From the NCBI GenBank assembly GCA_965238225.1, contig OZ250183.1:448001-512000 (forward strand): a stretch of 64,000 bases of DNA, given 5' to 3'. The notes beneath the pieces are model-generated. The model was not told the origin of the DNA and did no database searches. It saw only the letters and a list, made by a program, of their open reading frames with translations. Every line of letters begins with the position of its first letter. The stretch's first letter is position 1. Made by a program: the position numbers and the translations under genes. Shown here piece by piece: positions 31,864-42,772 of the stretch. The stretch is from Gammaproteobacteria bacterium (GTDB lineage: Bacteria; Pseudomonadota; Gammaproteobacteria; Eutrophobiales; Eutrophobiaceae).

Positions 31864-33990
31864 TTATCTGCTTATATGGGAAATATGTTTGATACGTTTG
31901 ATACGTCGCATGACATGAGCCAAGTGTTGTCTATCTCTTACTTCTATATCGAATACTAATAGTATACTGCGATCATCTTTGTCCTCAATCTCAACACTCA
32001 GGATGTTAGCTTCTTGTTCTGAGATAGCGGCAGCAACCGTTGCAAGTGTGCCGCGCTGGTTTGTTGCATGCATACGAATTTGAGTTACGAAGTCACGCTC
32101 GATATTGTTCTCCCATTCAACATCAATCCATTTTTCAGGATAATTGCGAAATTCTGTAATATTTTTACAGGATCGATAGTGTATTACGATACCATGCCCA
32201 GATGAGCTGAAACCAACGATAGGATCCCCCGGTAGGGGATAACAACATTTTGGAAAATGTACCACCATCCCTTCAGTACCTTTGATAACGAAAGGTTGAG
32301 TGTTATTTTCTTTGTTATTGCTATCTATTAATTTTGAGGATTTCTTATCCATATTCATCATACGTCTGGCAATCAACGGCGCAATCCGGTTGCCTAGTCC
32401 AATTTCAGCTAATAAGGTTTGTTTGTTGTCTAGGCGGTATTCTTTCAGAATTTCTTTAATTTTTGTTGCTGGTATTTGATCGTAGCGACAGCCAAATAGA
32501 TCCAACTCTCGGTTGAGTAGACGTAAGCCGAGTTCAATGGCTTCATCTTCTTTCAAGTTTTTCAGATAATTCCGGATATTGGTTCTAGCTTTGGCCGTGG
32601 TGACAAATTTTAACCATCCAGGGTTTGGCTTAGCGTTGGGTGAGGTAATAATTTCAACCGACTGACCACTATCGAGTTTTGTCCCCAGCGGAGCTAAGCG
32701 TCGGTTTACTCTTGCACCAGTACAAGTGTTGCCGATATCGGTATGGATAGCATAGGCGAAATCCACAGAAGTAGCACCTTTTGGCAGTTCTATAATTTTT
32801 CCTTTAGGCGTAAATATATAGACGGCATCAGGGAAAAGATCGACCTTGACGTTTTCAAGAAATTCCTGAGGATTCCCAGCTGTTTGTTGCATTTCCATGA
32901 TACGTTGCAACCACTCACGCGCCTTACGGTGCGCACCACTTCTATCTCTGGATTCTTTTTCAGATTTATAAAGCCAATGTGCTGCAATGCCAGTTTCAGC
33001 GACATCATCCATTTCCTTGGTACGAATTTGTACCTCGATATTTACACCAAAATGGCCAAATAAAACAGTATGCAGGGATTGGTAACCATTAGTTTTTGGG
33101 ATAGCAATATAATCTTTGAATTTTCCTGATATCGGTTTATAGAGATTATGTATAATACCAACTGTTCGATAGCAGTTGTCTACATCTGCCACCATGATTC
33201 TAAAGGCATAGACATCGTATACTTCGTTGAAAGTTAGTTTATTCTTACGCATTTTTTCGTAGATACCATGCAGGTGTTTTTCTCTTCCGTGTATCTCAGC
33301 CGGTAATTTCTCTTGGCGCATGCGCCGACGCAAGGCATTTCTAATCTTGGTTATTACCTCTTTCCTGTTACCACGCGCTTTACGGACTTGCTCAGCTAAT
33401 ATCCTGTGTCGCATGGGATACATGGTTAAAAATCCAAGCTCTTCAAGCTCAAGGCGAATATTATTCAAGCCCAATCGTTGTGCGATGGGAACATAGATAT
33501 CCAGAGTTTCACGCGAGATACGCATGCGTTTTTCATACAGCAGAGACTTTAGAGTTCTCATGTTGTGGAGTCTGTCAGCCAGCTTAATCAGTATGACGCG
33601 TATGTCTTGACTCATAGCCATAAGCATTTTTCGGAAATTCTGAGCTTGTGCTTCTTTTGCGTTATCAAATGTAATTTGAGTGAGTTTACTGACACCATCA
33701 ACCAATTCAGCAACATTTTTTCCGAATTTTTTCCCGATTTCATCTTTGGTTGTCGAAGTATCTTCGATGACATCATGGAGAATAGCAGCCATCAACGTTT
33801 GATGATCCATATGCATTTCTCCCAGAATACCTGCAACCTCCAGCGGGTGGTGTATATATGGTTCTCCGCTGATACGTTGTTGTCCTTCATGCGCTTTGGC
33901 ACCGAACCGATAAGCTTTAAATATCTGATCTATCTGATGTTGATCGAGATAAGAACTTATTACCTTCGCGAGATCACTAACCTGATACAT
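31864..33990 (-). CDS. spoT: Bifunctional (p)ppGpp synthetase/hydrolase
   Basis: HD domain (LHDVIED), KLADRLHNMRT, GYQSLHT, TGS (DFAYAIHT), ACT domain; ATG 33990 preferred. Confidence 0.97.
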   Translation of the reverse strand: MYQVSDLAKVISSYLDQHQIDQIFKAYRFGAKAHEGQQRISGEPYIHHPLEVAGILGEMHMDHQTLMAAILHDVIEDTSTTKDEIGKKFGKNVAELVDGVSKLTQITFDNAKEAQAQNFRKMLMAMSQDIRVILIKLADRLHNMRTLKSLLYEKRMRISRETLDIYVPIAQRLGLNNIRLELEELGFLTMYPMRHRILAEQVRKARGNRKEVITKIRNALRRRMRQEKLPAEIHGREKHLHGIYEKMRKNKLTFNEVYDVYAFRIMVADVDNCYRTVGIIHNLYKPISGKFKDYIAIPKTNGYQSLHTVLFGHFGVNIEVQIRTKEMDDVAETGIAAHWLYKSEKESRDRSGAHRKAREWLQRIMEMQQTAGNPQEFLENVKVDLFPDAVYIFTPKGKIIELPKGATSVDFAYAIHTDIGNTCTGARVNRRLAPLGTKLDSGQSVEIITSPNAKPNPGWLKFVTTAKARTNIRNYLKNLKEDEAIELGLRLLNRELDLFGCRYDQIPATKIKEILKEYRLDNKQTLLAEIGLGNRIAPLIARRMMNMDKKSSKLIDSNNKENNTQPFVIKGTEGMVVHFPKCCYPLPGDPIVGFSSSGHGIVIHYRSCKNITEFRNYPEKWIDVEWENNIERDFVTQIRMHATNQRGTLATVAAAISEQEANILSVEIEDKDDRSILLVFDIEVRDRQHLAHVMRRIKRIKHISHISR

Positions 33991-34112
33991 AATAGTGATA
34001 AATTTGAGTTGTGAGTAAAAATTATTTGTAGTGAAGTTGTGACAGTGTGCGTCGTAATTATTCCTTGAAGTTTGTAAAATGAAAATTTTTTTAAGGAAAA
34101 CTTTATCAAAAA

Positions 34113-34370
34113 TCAACTTTCTGTTTCGTTTTCATCCAGTATTGCGAATTCATCAAGTAATTCAGTTTTACCGATGGTATCGATATTTTCCATTGTGATA
34201 AGACCGTCAGCAATCTCGCGCAGTGCGATTACAGCGGGTTTATTATTATTTTCATCTACCAAAGCATCTTTGCCCAGAATGAGCTGTCTAGTACGTTTTG
34301 CGGCTAGTAACACTAGGTCATAGCGGTTATCTATTTGTGTCAGGCAATCTTCAACCGTCAATCTGACCAT
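34113..34370 (-). CDS. rpoZ: RNA polymerase omega subunit
   Basis: RLTVEDC...NRYDLVL.AAKR.RQ, K..VIALREIA; SD GAGG; gmk-rpoZ-spoT order. Confidence 0.97.
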   Translation of the reverse strand: MVRLTVEDCLTQIDNRYDLVLLAAKRTRQLILGKDALVDENNNKPAVIALREIADGLITMENIDTIGKTELLDEFAILDENETES

Positions 34371-34534
34371 TTTAAAACCTCATTATTAAAAAATTATTAT
34401 GTAAATGTTATACCATTTAGAGCAGTGGTTAAGGGTACGGGAAACCTAGCGAAGCGGAACGTTGGACTTCTGCAGGAAGAATTATTGTTAAGCAAGACGT
34501 GGTCACACATACTTTGGTCATTCTACTAAAAAAT

Positions 34535-35170
34535 CTAGTTTTTTGCTATTAGGTTAGTGACAAATGCATTCAAATCAGCCTGTTTTGGTCGTTTGTCTTC
34601 CCGCAAAGCGACAAATAAACTCTGTAACTTACCAAGCGCCAGTCCGAACTCATCGTTTATGACCAGATAATCGTATTCTTTGTAGTGCGAGAGCTCATTT
34701 AGCGCATTATCCATTCTTTTCTGGATAACGCCAGCATCATCTTTTCCTCGGCTTGTGAGTCTGGTTTTTAATGCCTGATAGCTTGGTGGTAATATAAAAA
34801 TACTGATACTTTCTGGAATCAATTGTCGAACTGTTGCTGCTCCCTGCCAGTCAATCTCCAGAATCACGTCAGTACTATTTCTTAATTGTGATTCAAGTGA
34901 TGTTTTAGATATTCCATAATAGTTGTCGAAGATTTTGGCATGCTCAAGGAATTTACCTTCATTAACCATTTCCATGAAGGAATCTACATCAATGAAATGG
35001 TATGCAATACCGTCCTGTTCATTATCACGCTTTGGACGTGTAGTATGGGAAATTGATACCGTCAATTCTGGATCGGCGCTACAAAGCGCCTCTATTAATG
35101 TTGTTTTTCCTGCGCCAGAAGGGGCAGAGATAATGATAAGCTGACCTATTTTGTTGGTTTGATTTTTCAA
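34535..35170 (-). CDS. gmk: Guanylate kinase
   Basis: SAPSGAGKTT, SHTTR, LEIDWQGA, FILPPS. Confidence 0.97.
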   Translation of the reverse strand: MKNQTNKIGQLIIISAPSGAGKTTLIEALCSADPELTVSISHTTRPKRDNEQDGIAYHFIDVDSFMEMVNEGKFLEHAKIFDNYYGISKTSLESQLRNSTDVILEIDWQGAATVRQLIPESISIFILPPSYQALKTRLTSRGKDDAGVIQKRMDNALNELSHYKEYDYLVINDEFGLALGKLQSLFVALREDKRPKQADLNAFVTNLIAKN

Positions 35171-35217
35171 TTTTCTGATAGTAGTGCTTTTATTAATTTC
35201 TTGAAATCTTAAAAATA

Positions 35218-36084
35218 TTATTCAATATTCTGTATTTGTTCTCGCATTTGTTCGATCAATACTTTTAGCTCAACGGAGGTATTTGCGTAATCAAGGCTTG
35301 CCGTTTTTGATCCAAGCGTGGTTGCTTCCCTGTTTAATTCTTGCATGAGAAAGTCCAGTTTTCGACCAACAGACTCATTTCTTTGCAGAGCTTGTCGAAC
35401 TGCTCCTAGGTGGGTATCTAGCCTATCTATTTCTTCTGCGACATCTGATTTTTGTACTAACAATAATATTTCTTGTTCCAGTCTATCTTTATCCAGTTTG
35501 ATATCCATCTCCTGCATCTTTTGAGTTAGCTTATCTCGTAGCATTTTTTGTATTTTCGGTAATTTTTCTTTGAAGGCTTTAAGCAGAGTAGCAATGTTGT
35601 CACAGCGTTTAAGTATTATGGCTTGCAGTTTTTCACCTTCGCTTAATCGTGTCTCAACAACACTTTCTAATGTTATATCCAACTGTTTTAATAAAAGATC
35701 TGAGGCTGACTCAGAATCAATTATTTCTTGATTAATTACGCCAGGCCAGCGTAGAATATCCATTGCATTTATTGTCGATGGGTTAATCATTGATGATTGT
35801 ATGGATTCTGAAGCTTTGACCAGACTATTTACAAGTTCTGCATTAATAGACAAGCCATTGCGAGATGGCTCATTAGCATAAAAACGTAATGAACAATTAA
35901 CTTTGCCACGTTTGATTTTACTTGATATGTGTTCACGGACACTAGCTTCCAGTATTCTTAACTCTTCTGGTAGGCGAATACTCATTTCAAGATAGCGGTG
36001 ATTGACACCACTTATTTCCCAGATGATATGTCCTGCTTCGTTTATTTCTTCGGTGCGGCCATAGGCTGTCATGCTTGCTGTCAT
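35218..36084 (-). CDS. yicC: YicC family endoribonuclease
   Basis: SMTAYGR, VNHRYLE, GRKLDFLMQELNRE, EQMREQIQNIE. Confidence 0.95.
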   Translation of the reverse strand: MTASMTAYGRTEEINEAGHIIWEISGVNHRYLEMSIRLPEELRILEASVREHISSKIKRGKVNCSLRFYANEPSRNGLSINAELVNSLVKASESIQSSMINPSTINAMDILRWPGVINQEIIDSESASDLLLKQLDITLESVVETRLSEGEKLQAIILKRCDNIATLLKAFKEKLPKIQKMLRDKLTQKMQEMDIKLDKDRLEQEILLLVQKSDVAEEIDRLDTHLGAVRQALQRNESVGRKLDFLMQELNREATTLGSKTASLDYANTSVELKVLIEQMREQIQNIE

Positions 36085-36215
36085 AATGGGCTATCTGATT
36101 TATGAGTTTGTTTCTGTCAGTTTAAGTTTATACCAAACTACTTGGAATATTAAGGCAAATAACACATGCTTTAATCATGTATAATTCGCAAATTTTTCGA
36201 TGTGGAGAGAATATA

Positions 36216-36929
36216 ATGCGTCCAAGTGGAAGAGCGCCTGAGCAATTACGGGAAATCAAGTTAACTAGAGATTACATTTGTCATGCTGAAGGTTCAGTGT
36301 TGGTCGAGTTTGGACAAACCAAGGTTATTTGTACGGTGAGCACTGAAGACCGCGTGCCCAATTTTCTAAAAGGCAAAGGACAGGGCTGGTTGACTGCAGA
36401 GTATGGTATGTTGCCACGTTCGACAGGTTTAAGGATGCGTAGGGAGGTAACACAAAGTAGTCAGAGGGGAAGAACCATGGAAATTCAACGTTTGATAGGA
36501 CGCTCTTTACGTACGGCAGTTAATTTGGAAAAACTAGGTGAAAGAACGCTAATTGTAGATTGTGATGTGATTCAGGCAGATGGTGGTACGCGAACTGCAT
36601 CTATCACGGGCGCCTATGTGGCACTGGTTGACGCTGTTAGATCGCTGCAGTATGAGAAAGTGCTGAATGAAGACCCTGTAATCAATGCTATTGCCTCTGT
36701 TTCTGTAGGTATTTATCAAGACACTGCCGTGTTAGATCTTGATTATATAGAAGATTCAAATGCGCAGACAGACATGAATATTGTAATGAATAGTGATGGT
36801 AAATTTATCGAGGTGCAGGGTACTGCAGAAGGTCACCCCTTTAGTTCTGATGAATTAAACGAGATGTTGATATTAGCTCAGAAGGGAATTACCAGTATCT
36901 TAGAGATACAGAGTAAGGCTTTGGCTTAA
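36216..36929 (+). CDS. rph: Ribonuclease PH
   Basis: [37 protein letters not shown]. Confidence 0.97.
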   Translation: MRPSGRAPEQLREIKLTRDYICHAEGSVLVEFGQTKVICTVSTEDRVPNFLKGKGQGWLTAEYGMLPRSTGLRMRREVTQSSQRGRTMEIQRLIGRSLRTAVNLEKLGERTLIVDCDVIQADGGTRTASITGAYVALVDAVRSLQYEKVLNEDPVINAIASVSVGIYQDTAVLDLDYIEDSNAQTDMNIVMNSDGKFIEVQGTAEGHPFSSDELNEMLILAQKGITSILEIQSKALA

Positions 36930-36943
36930 TAGAATCGGTCTTT

Positions 36944-37567
36944 GTGGAAACGACATCAATTAAAAATAGAATCGTGCTGGCAAGCAACAACGCTGGAAAG
37001 TTAAGTGAAATCATGCAGCTACTTGATGGCTTAAATGTTGATGTTTTACCACAGTCTGAGTTTAATATTTTGGAAGTAGAAGAAACAGGATTTAGTTTCG
37101 TCGAAAATGCAATCCTCAAGGCGAGGAACGCCGCGCAGCATACGGGTCTTCCGGCAATTGCAGATGATTCAGGTATTGCAGTCGATGTTCTGCAAGGTCG
37201 ACCTGGAATTTATTCAGCACGCTTTGCAGGTGTTGATGCAGATGATGAAGATAATTTATTGAAGCTTATCGATATAATACAATCATTTCCAGAAGAAAAA
37301 CGCATAGCCCGGTTTATTTGTTCAATGGTCTATTTAAGGCATGAACATGATCCGCTTCCCATTATTGCTCAGGGTGTTTGGCAAGGACAGTTAGTCATTC
37401 AGCCGAAAGGGGAGAATGGGTTTGGTTATGATCCCATATTTTATATCACATCCTTGCAGTGTACCGCAGCAGAATTGGCACCAGAAATAAAAAATAAATT
37501 AAGTCATCGTGGGCAGGCGCTTGGTAAGTTACTCGACAGACTCAATGAAGTGTACCCTGAGAAGTAG
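36944..37567 (+). CDS. rdgB: dITP/XTP pyrophosphatase
   Basis: LASNNAGK, ENAILKA, ADDSG, GFGYDP, SHRG. Confidence 0.96.
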   Translation: METTSIKNRIVLASNNAGKLSEIMQLLDGLNVDVLPQSEFNILEVEETGFSFVENAILKARNAAQHTGLPAIADDSGIAVDVLQGRPGIYSARFAGVDADDEDNLLKLIDIIQSFPEEKRIARFICSMVYLRHEHDPLPIIAQGVWQGQLVIQPKGENGFGYDPIFYITSLQCTAAELAPEIKNKLSHRGQALGKLLDRLNEVYPEK

Positions 37568-37600
37568 CTCTATTTTAGCTACAAATTTACCGGCGACTAG

Positions 37601-38767
37601 ATGTTGAGTTTTAAAAAAAATCCCCATTTATCTTTATATATACATCTGCCTTGGTGCATTAAAAAATGCCCTTACTGTGATTTCAATTCACATGATCTAA
37701 ATAATGACGTTTTTCAAGAAGATGCATATATTGATGCGCTAATTAGTGATCTTGAATCTGAATTACCACGTATTTGGGGTCGTCCCATTATCAGTATTTT
37801 TATTGGCGGCGGAACGCCAAGCTTATTTTCTGCTGAGGCAATTGGTCGTTTGATGGCAGCCTTACGCGAGAGACTGACGTTTTATCACAATACTGAAATT
37901 ACTATAGAAGCTAACCCGGGAGCGGCAGAGGCGGGTCGGTTCAATGCCTATCGTGAATCAGGAATCAACAGATTGTCGATTGGCGTACAGAGTTTTGACG
38001 ATAATAAATTAAAACGACTAGGGCGCATACATAATAGTGAAGAAGCTTTGTCTGCTATTATGATGGCAAAAGATGCCAAGTTTGATGAAATTAATATTGA
38101 CCTGATGTTTGGTCTGCCAGAACAATCTATTGATGAAGCGATGTCTGATCTTGAAGTAGCTGTGGAACAAAATCCCACGCATCTATCTTGGTATCAATTG
38201 ACTATCGAACCTAATACGATTTTTTATTCGAACCCACCCGCTTTACCTGTTGATGATCTATTATGGGATATGCAACAACAGGGGCAAGCATATCTATCTG
38301 CTGAGGGATTCTCCCAATATGAAATTTCTGCCTACGCGAGCAAAGGCAAGCATCATCAATGCCAACACAATCGTAACTATTGGCAGTTTGGAGATTATCT
38401 GGGAATTGGTGCCGGGGCACATGGAAAGTTGACGCATGTCGCAGAAGGCAAGATAGAACGTTATGCTCGTCATCGTATCCCAAAAAATTATATCGGTAAA
38501 GCAATTCAGTCAGATGCCATTATAGAGTCAAGATTTTTAGGCAGGGACGAATTGCCATTGGAGTTTATGATGAACGTCTTACGTCTTAACGAAGGTTTTC
38601 ATCCATCTCTTTTCATTGAGCACACAGGCTTGCCGTTGAGCCATATTCACAAGAAATTGGAAGTAGCTCACGAAAGAGAATTAATTGAATGGAATATCAA
38701 TATGATAAAACCAACGGAAACAGGGCATCGTTATCTGAATGATTTGATAGAATTATTTATGAAATAA
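37601..38767 (+). CDS. hemW: Radical-SAM heme chaperone HemW
   Basis: LYIHLPWCIKKCPYCDFNSH, GGGTPS, HN.NYW.FGDYLGIGAGAHGK. Confidence 0.94.
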   Translation: MLSFKKNPHLSLYIHLPWCIKKCPYCDFNSHDLNNDVFQEDAYIDALISDLESELPRIWGRPIISIFIGGGTPSLFSAEAIGRLMAALRERLTFYHNTEITIEANPGAAEAGRFNAYRESGINRLSIGVQSFDDNKLKRLGRIHNSEEALSAIMMAKDAKFDEINIDLMFGLPEQSIDEAMSDLEVAVEQNPTHLSWYQLTIEPNTIFYSNPPALPVDDLLWDMQQQGQAYLSAEGFSQYEISAYASKGKHHQCQHNRNYWQFGDYLGIGAGAHGKLTHVAEGKIERYARHRIPKNYIGKAIQSDAIIESRFLGRDELPLEFMMNVLRLNEGFHPSLFIEHTGLPLSHIHKKLEVAHERELIEWNINMIKPTETGHRYLNDLIELFMK

Positions 38768-38824
38768 GCCCAGATAATATTTTGAACGGATGAATCTACC
38801 CTAAAAGACAAGCCCATTGATGTT

Positions 38825-39997
38825 ATGATAAACACAATGAACAAAACATTTTTGAGTATAAAAAATGAAAAAGACTTAGGTAAATTATGCAGGCAGTTAA
38901 GAGGCAGTGACTGGTTAGCGGTTGATACTGAATTCGAGAGAAGCAAAACATATTATCCAGAGCTATGTCTGATACAAGTTGCCAATGCAGATGTTGCTGC
39001 TATTATTGATCCTATAGTAATTAGTAACCTTGATATTTTCTTTACAATACTTTACGACGAATATATTACCAAGGTATTCCATTCAGCACATCAGGATCTT
39101 GAAATATTCTTCAATCTTAAAGGCTCAATACCCAAGCCAATCTTTGATACTCAAATTGCCGCACCCTTTTTGGGGTATGCAGAACAAATAGGCTATGCAA
39201 AACTGGTGCAACAAGTAACGGGTATCGAGCTTGACAAGGCTTTTACTCGTTCTGACTGGAAGTTTCGGCCTTTAAATAAAGGGCAGCTTGAATATGCAAT
39301 TAACGATGTTACCTACCTTGGATTAATCTATATTGAATTTTTCGAAAAACTTAAGAAATTAAATCGATGTTCTTGGTTAGAAGAAGATTTTTTTGCACTG
39401 GTAGATACGGCTCGCTATCAAACAGACCCGCAGCACGTATGGAAGAAAATATGTGAATCAAAAAAACTCAAAGGAGAAAAGCTAGCCGTTCTTCAGGAAT
39501 TAGCCGCGTGGCGAGAATTGACGGCAAGAAAAGAGAACAAGCCTAGACACTGGCTGATAAAAGATGATGTTATTGTTGGCATGGCGCAACTTCTCCCTGC
39601 AGACATGAACGAATTGAGCAAGATAAAAAATTTACAGAATCTATTTTTAAAGAAATATGGAGAAGCATTATTAGAGCTTATTCATAAAGCCAGAAAAAAA
39701 TCTCCAGAACCGCTGGCCGAAGTCATTAGACGTGACAAACTGACGCACCAGCAAGAAGCGATTGTTGATGCATTGTCAATTATCGTCAGGTTGCAGGCGG
39801 ACATTCATGGTATGAAGCCTAATAAGCTTGCCTCCAGAAAGGAACTACAGGCATTCGTGCAAAACCAGGATGAGTCAGTATTACTTAGTAACTGGCGGAA
39901 ATCATTGATTGGAGATGCGCTGAGTAAATTTATGTGTGGCGATCAAAATATTCGTTTGATTGGCAATAAATTATCAATCATTAGCAACGAAACATAA
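38825..39997 (+). CDS. rnd: Ribonuclease D
   Basis: AVDTEF, TYYPELCLIQ, FDTQIAA, YA..DV, HRDC domain. Confidence 0.95.
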   Translation: MINTMNKTFLSIKNEKDLGKLCRQLRGSDWLAVDTEFERSKTYYPELCLIQVANADVAAIIDPIVISNLDIFFTILYDEYITKVFHSAHQDLEIFFNLKGSIPKPIFDTQIAAPFLGYAEQIGYAKLVQQVTGIELDKAFTRSDWKFRPLNKGQLEYAINDVTYLGLIYIEFFEKLKKLNRCSWLEEDFFALVDTARYQTDPQHVWKKICESKKLKGEKLAVLQELAAWRELTARKENKPRHWLIKDDVIVGMAQLLPADMNELSKIKNLQNLFLKKYGEALLELIHKARKKSPEPLAEVIRRDKLTHQQEAIVDALSIIVRLQADIHGMKPNKLASRKELQAFVQNQDESVLLSNWRKSLIGDALSKFMCGDQNIRLIGNKLSIISNET

Positions 39998-40076
39998 TTC
40001 AGACTAAAACTGAAATTCAGAAATTTTTGCTATGGACAAGACTGAATATTTCCTTAAGTGTATTCACAAAAAGGTA

Positions 40077-41693
40077 TTATTGAACAGCTTTCATCTTATT
40101 GAGTTCAATGCCATGGCTTTGCAGATATTCATCGTAGCTACCACTGAAATTACTCACACCATCTGGCGTGAGTTCAATAATGCGGGTAGCTAGAGACGAT
40201 ACAAACTCACGATCGTGGCTCGCGAAGATTAAGGTGCCTGCATAATTCTTAAGGGCAAGGTTTAAGGATTCAATAGATTCCATATCCAGATGATTAGTTG
40301 GCTCGTCCATCACTAGAATATTCGGTGTTTGTAGCATAAGTTTTCCAAAGAGCATGCGGCCTTCTTCTCCACCTGAAATGACTTTGACAGATTTATCCCC
40401 TTCATCGCTAGAGAATAATAATCGACCTAATATTCCACGAATTACTTGTTCATCATCAGATGTTTTGCCCCATTGACTCATCCAGTCAAACAAGCTTATA
40501 TTCTTTTCAAATTCATCAGTATGGTCTTGTGCGAAATACCCAATGGTAGAATTTCCAGACCATTTTATTTGACCGCTGTCGGCTTCAAGCTTATTTACCA
40601 AGCAATTTAATAATGTCGTTTTACCAATTCCGTTTGGACCAATAATTGCAACACGCTCGCCGACTTCAATATTCAATTTAAGTTCGCTAAACAGAGGTCC
40701 TTCATCAAAACCTTTTGTTAGTCCTTCTACTTCCAGAGCCAGACGGTATAATTTTTTATCTTGTTCAAATCTGATATAGGGGCTAATACGACTGGAAGGC
40801 TTAATATCTTCCAGTTGTATTTTATCAATTTGTTTGGCGCGTGAAGTCGCCTGTTTTGCCTTTGATGCATTGGCAGAGAAACGACTGACGAAGGTTTGTA
40901 GTTCTGAAATCTGTGCTTTTTTCCTAGTATTATTCAACAACATTCTCTCTCTTGTTTGGGTTGATGTAATCATGTAATCATCATAATTACCCGGATAAAT
41001 CTTGACTCCTCCGTAGTCCATATCAGCAATATGCGTACAAACGCTATTAAGAAAATGACGATCATGAGAAATAATAATCGTCGTGCTTTTACGTTCGTTG
41101 ATGATATTTTCTAACCAGCGGATGGTATTGATGTCCAAGTTGTTGGTAGGTTCATCCAAGAGCAATATATCCGGGCAAGCAAACAAGGCTTGTGCCAGTA
41201 ATACACGAAGTTTCCAGCCAGGGGCAACTTCACTCATGAGTCCTTCATGCTGTTCAAGTGGGATACCAACACTAAGCAGCAACTCCCCAACGCGAGATTC
41301 TGCACTGTAGCCATCCATTTCTCCAAACTCGGCTTCCAGCTCGGCAACTTTCATACCTTCTTCTTCGCTCATGTTTTTTATGGCATATATTCTTTCGCGT
41401 TCTTGTTTGATTTGCCAAAGTTCACTATGCCCCATGATGACGGTCTCTAGAACGGTAAACTCTTCAAAAGCAAATTGATCCTGTCCTAATTTACCAACAC
41501 GCTCATTGGGGTCTGTTGAAAAGTTCCCGGAACTGGCTTCCTGTTCACCGCCAAGTATTCTCAGAAAAGTTGATTTGCCACAGCCATTGGCGCCAATCAA
41601 GCCATAGCGGTGACCTTCGCCAAACTTAACTGAAACATTTTCAAACAGAGGTTTGGCTCCGAATTGCATGGTGAGATTTGCTGTTGTAATCAA
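40077..41693 (-). CDS. ybiT: ABC-F family ATPase (YbiT-like)
   Basis: Two ABC cassettes ([16 protein letters not shown]; [16 protein letters not shown]), no TM segments, N-terminus [19 protein letters not shown]. Confidence 0.9.
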   Translation of the reverse strand: MITTANLTMQFGAKPLFENVSVKFGEGHRYGLIGANGCGKSTFLRILGGEQEASSGNFSTDPNERVGKLGQDQFAFEEFTVLETVIMGHSELWQIKQERERIYAIKNMSEEEGMKVAELEAEFGEMDGYSAESRVGELLLSVGIPLEQHEGLMSEVAPGWKLRVLLAQALFACPDILLLDEPTNNLDINTIRWLENIINERKSTTIIISHDRHFLNSVCTHIADMDYGGVKIYPGNYDDYMITSTQTRERMLLNNTRKKAQISELQTFVSRFSANASKAKQATSRAKQIDKIQLEDIKPSSRISPYIRFEQDKKLYRLALEVEGLTKGFDEGPLFSELKLNIEVGERVAIIGPNGIGKTTLLNCLVNKLEADSGQIKWSGNSTIGYFAQDHTDEFEKNISLFDWMSQWGKTSDDEQVIRGILGRLLFSSDEGDKSVKVISGGEEGRMLFGKLMLQTPNILVMDEPTNHLDMESIESLNLALKNYAGTLIFASHDREFVSSLATRIIELTPDGVSNFSGSYDEYLQSHGIELNKMKAVQ

Positions 41694-41824
41694 TGCGTTT
41701 CTCCGTCTATATAAAAATGTGGCGCATTATCCCATAAAGCGATTTGTTTGTGCAGTGAACAGGTGGCAGGAAATATGTTCTTGTACTAACATTCAAGCTT
41801 ATGATTACAGAAGAGTTCCATGGT

Positions 41825-42544
41825 TCAATTTATAATGGCAACAGGGATAGATTGAACAAGTTTTATTTCTTCAGTTGAAACTTCTGCGTAGTAGGCCATG
41901 GCTTTAACTCCTGCTTGAACCGCAAGTCGGAGTGTTTCTGAATACAAGGGATCAATTGTCTGAGCTGGTCTAAGCCCTCTTGCATCATTCCTTTGTACAC
42001 AGTAAAAAATGACGGCTCGGTGTCCTTGAGCCACCATTTTTATTAATTCACGTAGATGTTTGCTACCCCTCGCACTGACAGCGTCAGGGAAATAAGCGAT
42101 ATTATCCTCAACAAGCGTGACATTTTTTACCTCCACATAACATTGTTCGGCATTAATGCAATCATCTTTCTTTAGTAAAATGTCTACGCGACTTTTTTCA
42201 TCACCGTAAGGTACTTCAGTAAGAATTTTTTGATAATTTTGTAATTCTTTAATGGTGCCATTTACAATCGCTTCTTGCACCAGCTGGTTGCTTAGATTAG
42301 TATGAATACCAACCAGTACGCAAGGTTTGGCTTCCACTATTTCCCATGAATATGGGTATTTACGACTCGGGTTGGCTGTGTCTCGTACCCAGACCCTGGA
42401 GCCCGGTATAGAACATCCAGTCATGGCACCCGTGTTAGGGGTGTGTGCAGTAATGACAGTCCCATCATCAAGTTCAATATCCGCCAAAAAACGTTTATAG
42501 CGTTTGATTAAAACTCCTTTAGTGTAGGGATATAAAAATTTCAT
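41825..42544 (-). CDS. sfsA: SfsA DNA/RNA nuclease
   Basis: RYKRFLAD, HTPNTG.M, YVEVKNVTL, FPDAVS.RG.KH. Confidence 0.95.
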   Translation of the reverse strand: MKFLYPYTKGVLIKRYKRFLADIELDDGTVITAHTPNTGAMTGCSIPGSRVWVRDTANPSRKYPYSWEIVEAKPCVLVGIHTNLSNQLVQEAIVNGTIKELQNYQKILTEVPYGDEKSRVDILLKKDDCINAEQCYVEVKNVTLVEDNIAYFPDAVSARGSKHLRELIKMVAQGHRAVIFYCVQRNDARGLRPAQTIDPLYSETLRLAVQAGVKAMAYYAEVSTEEIKLVQSIPVAIIN

Positions 42545-42772
42545 TGCCTATCGAAACAAAATTCTTTAATTTTGCCTAAATCGATATTGAGAATTAACAT
42601 TGGATATGTACAATCATGGTTTTGGCGCTTAACATCATTAATATCAGCAATATTATCTAGATAAATCAGAGTCAGTAATCACTACCAGTTTTACATAATT
42701 TATCCTAGGTACATTTATCTTGGAAGGGTGAGCCTAGGCAGACGACCTTTTTAATAAACATCTAAAGCAAAA

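Noticed and set aside
33991-34116. 42-residue N-terminal extension of SpoT
   Set aside because: Low-complexity AT-rich read-through; the family-like sequence begins at ATG 33990.
34400-34495. Integron attC site (GTTAAGC end, GCGAAGC hairpin)
   Set aside because: No complementary RYYYAAC partner at a suitable position and no cassette or integrase nearby.
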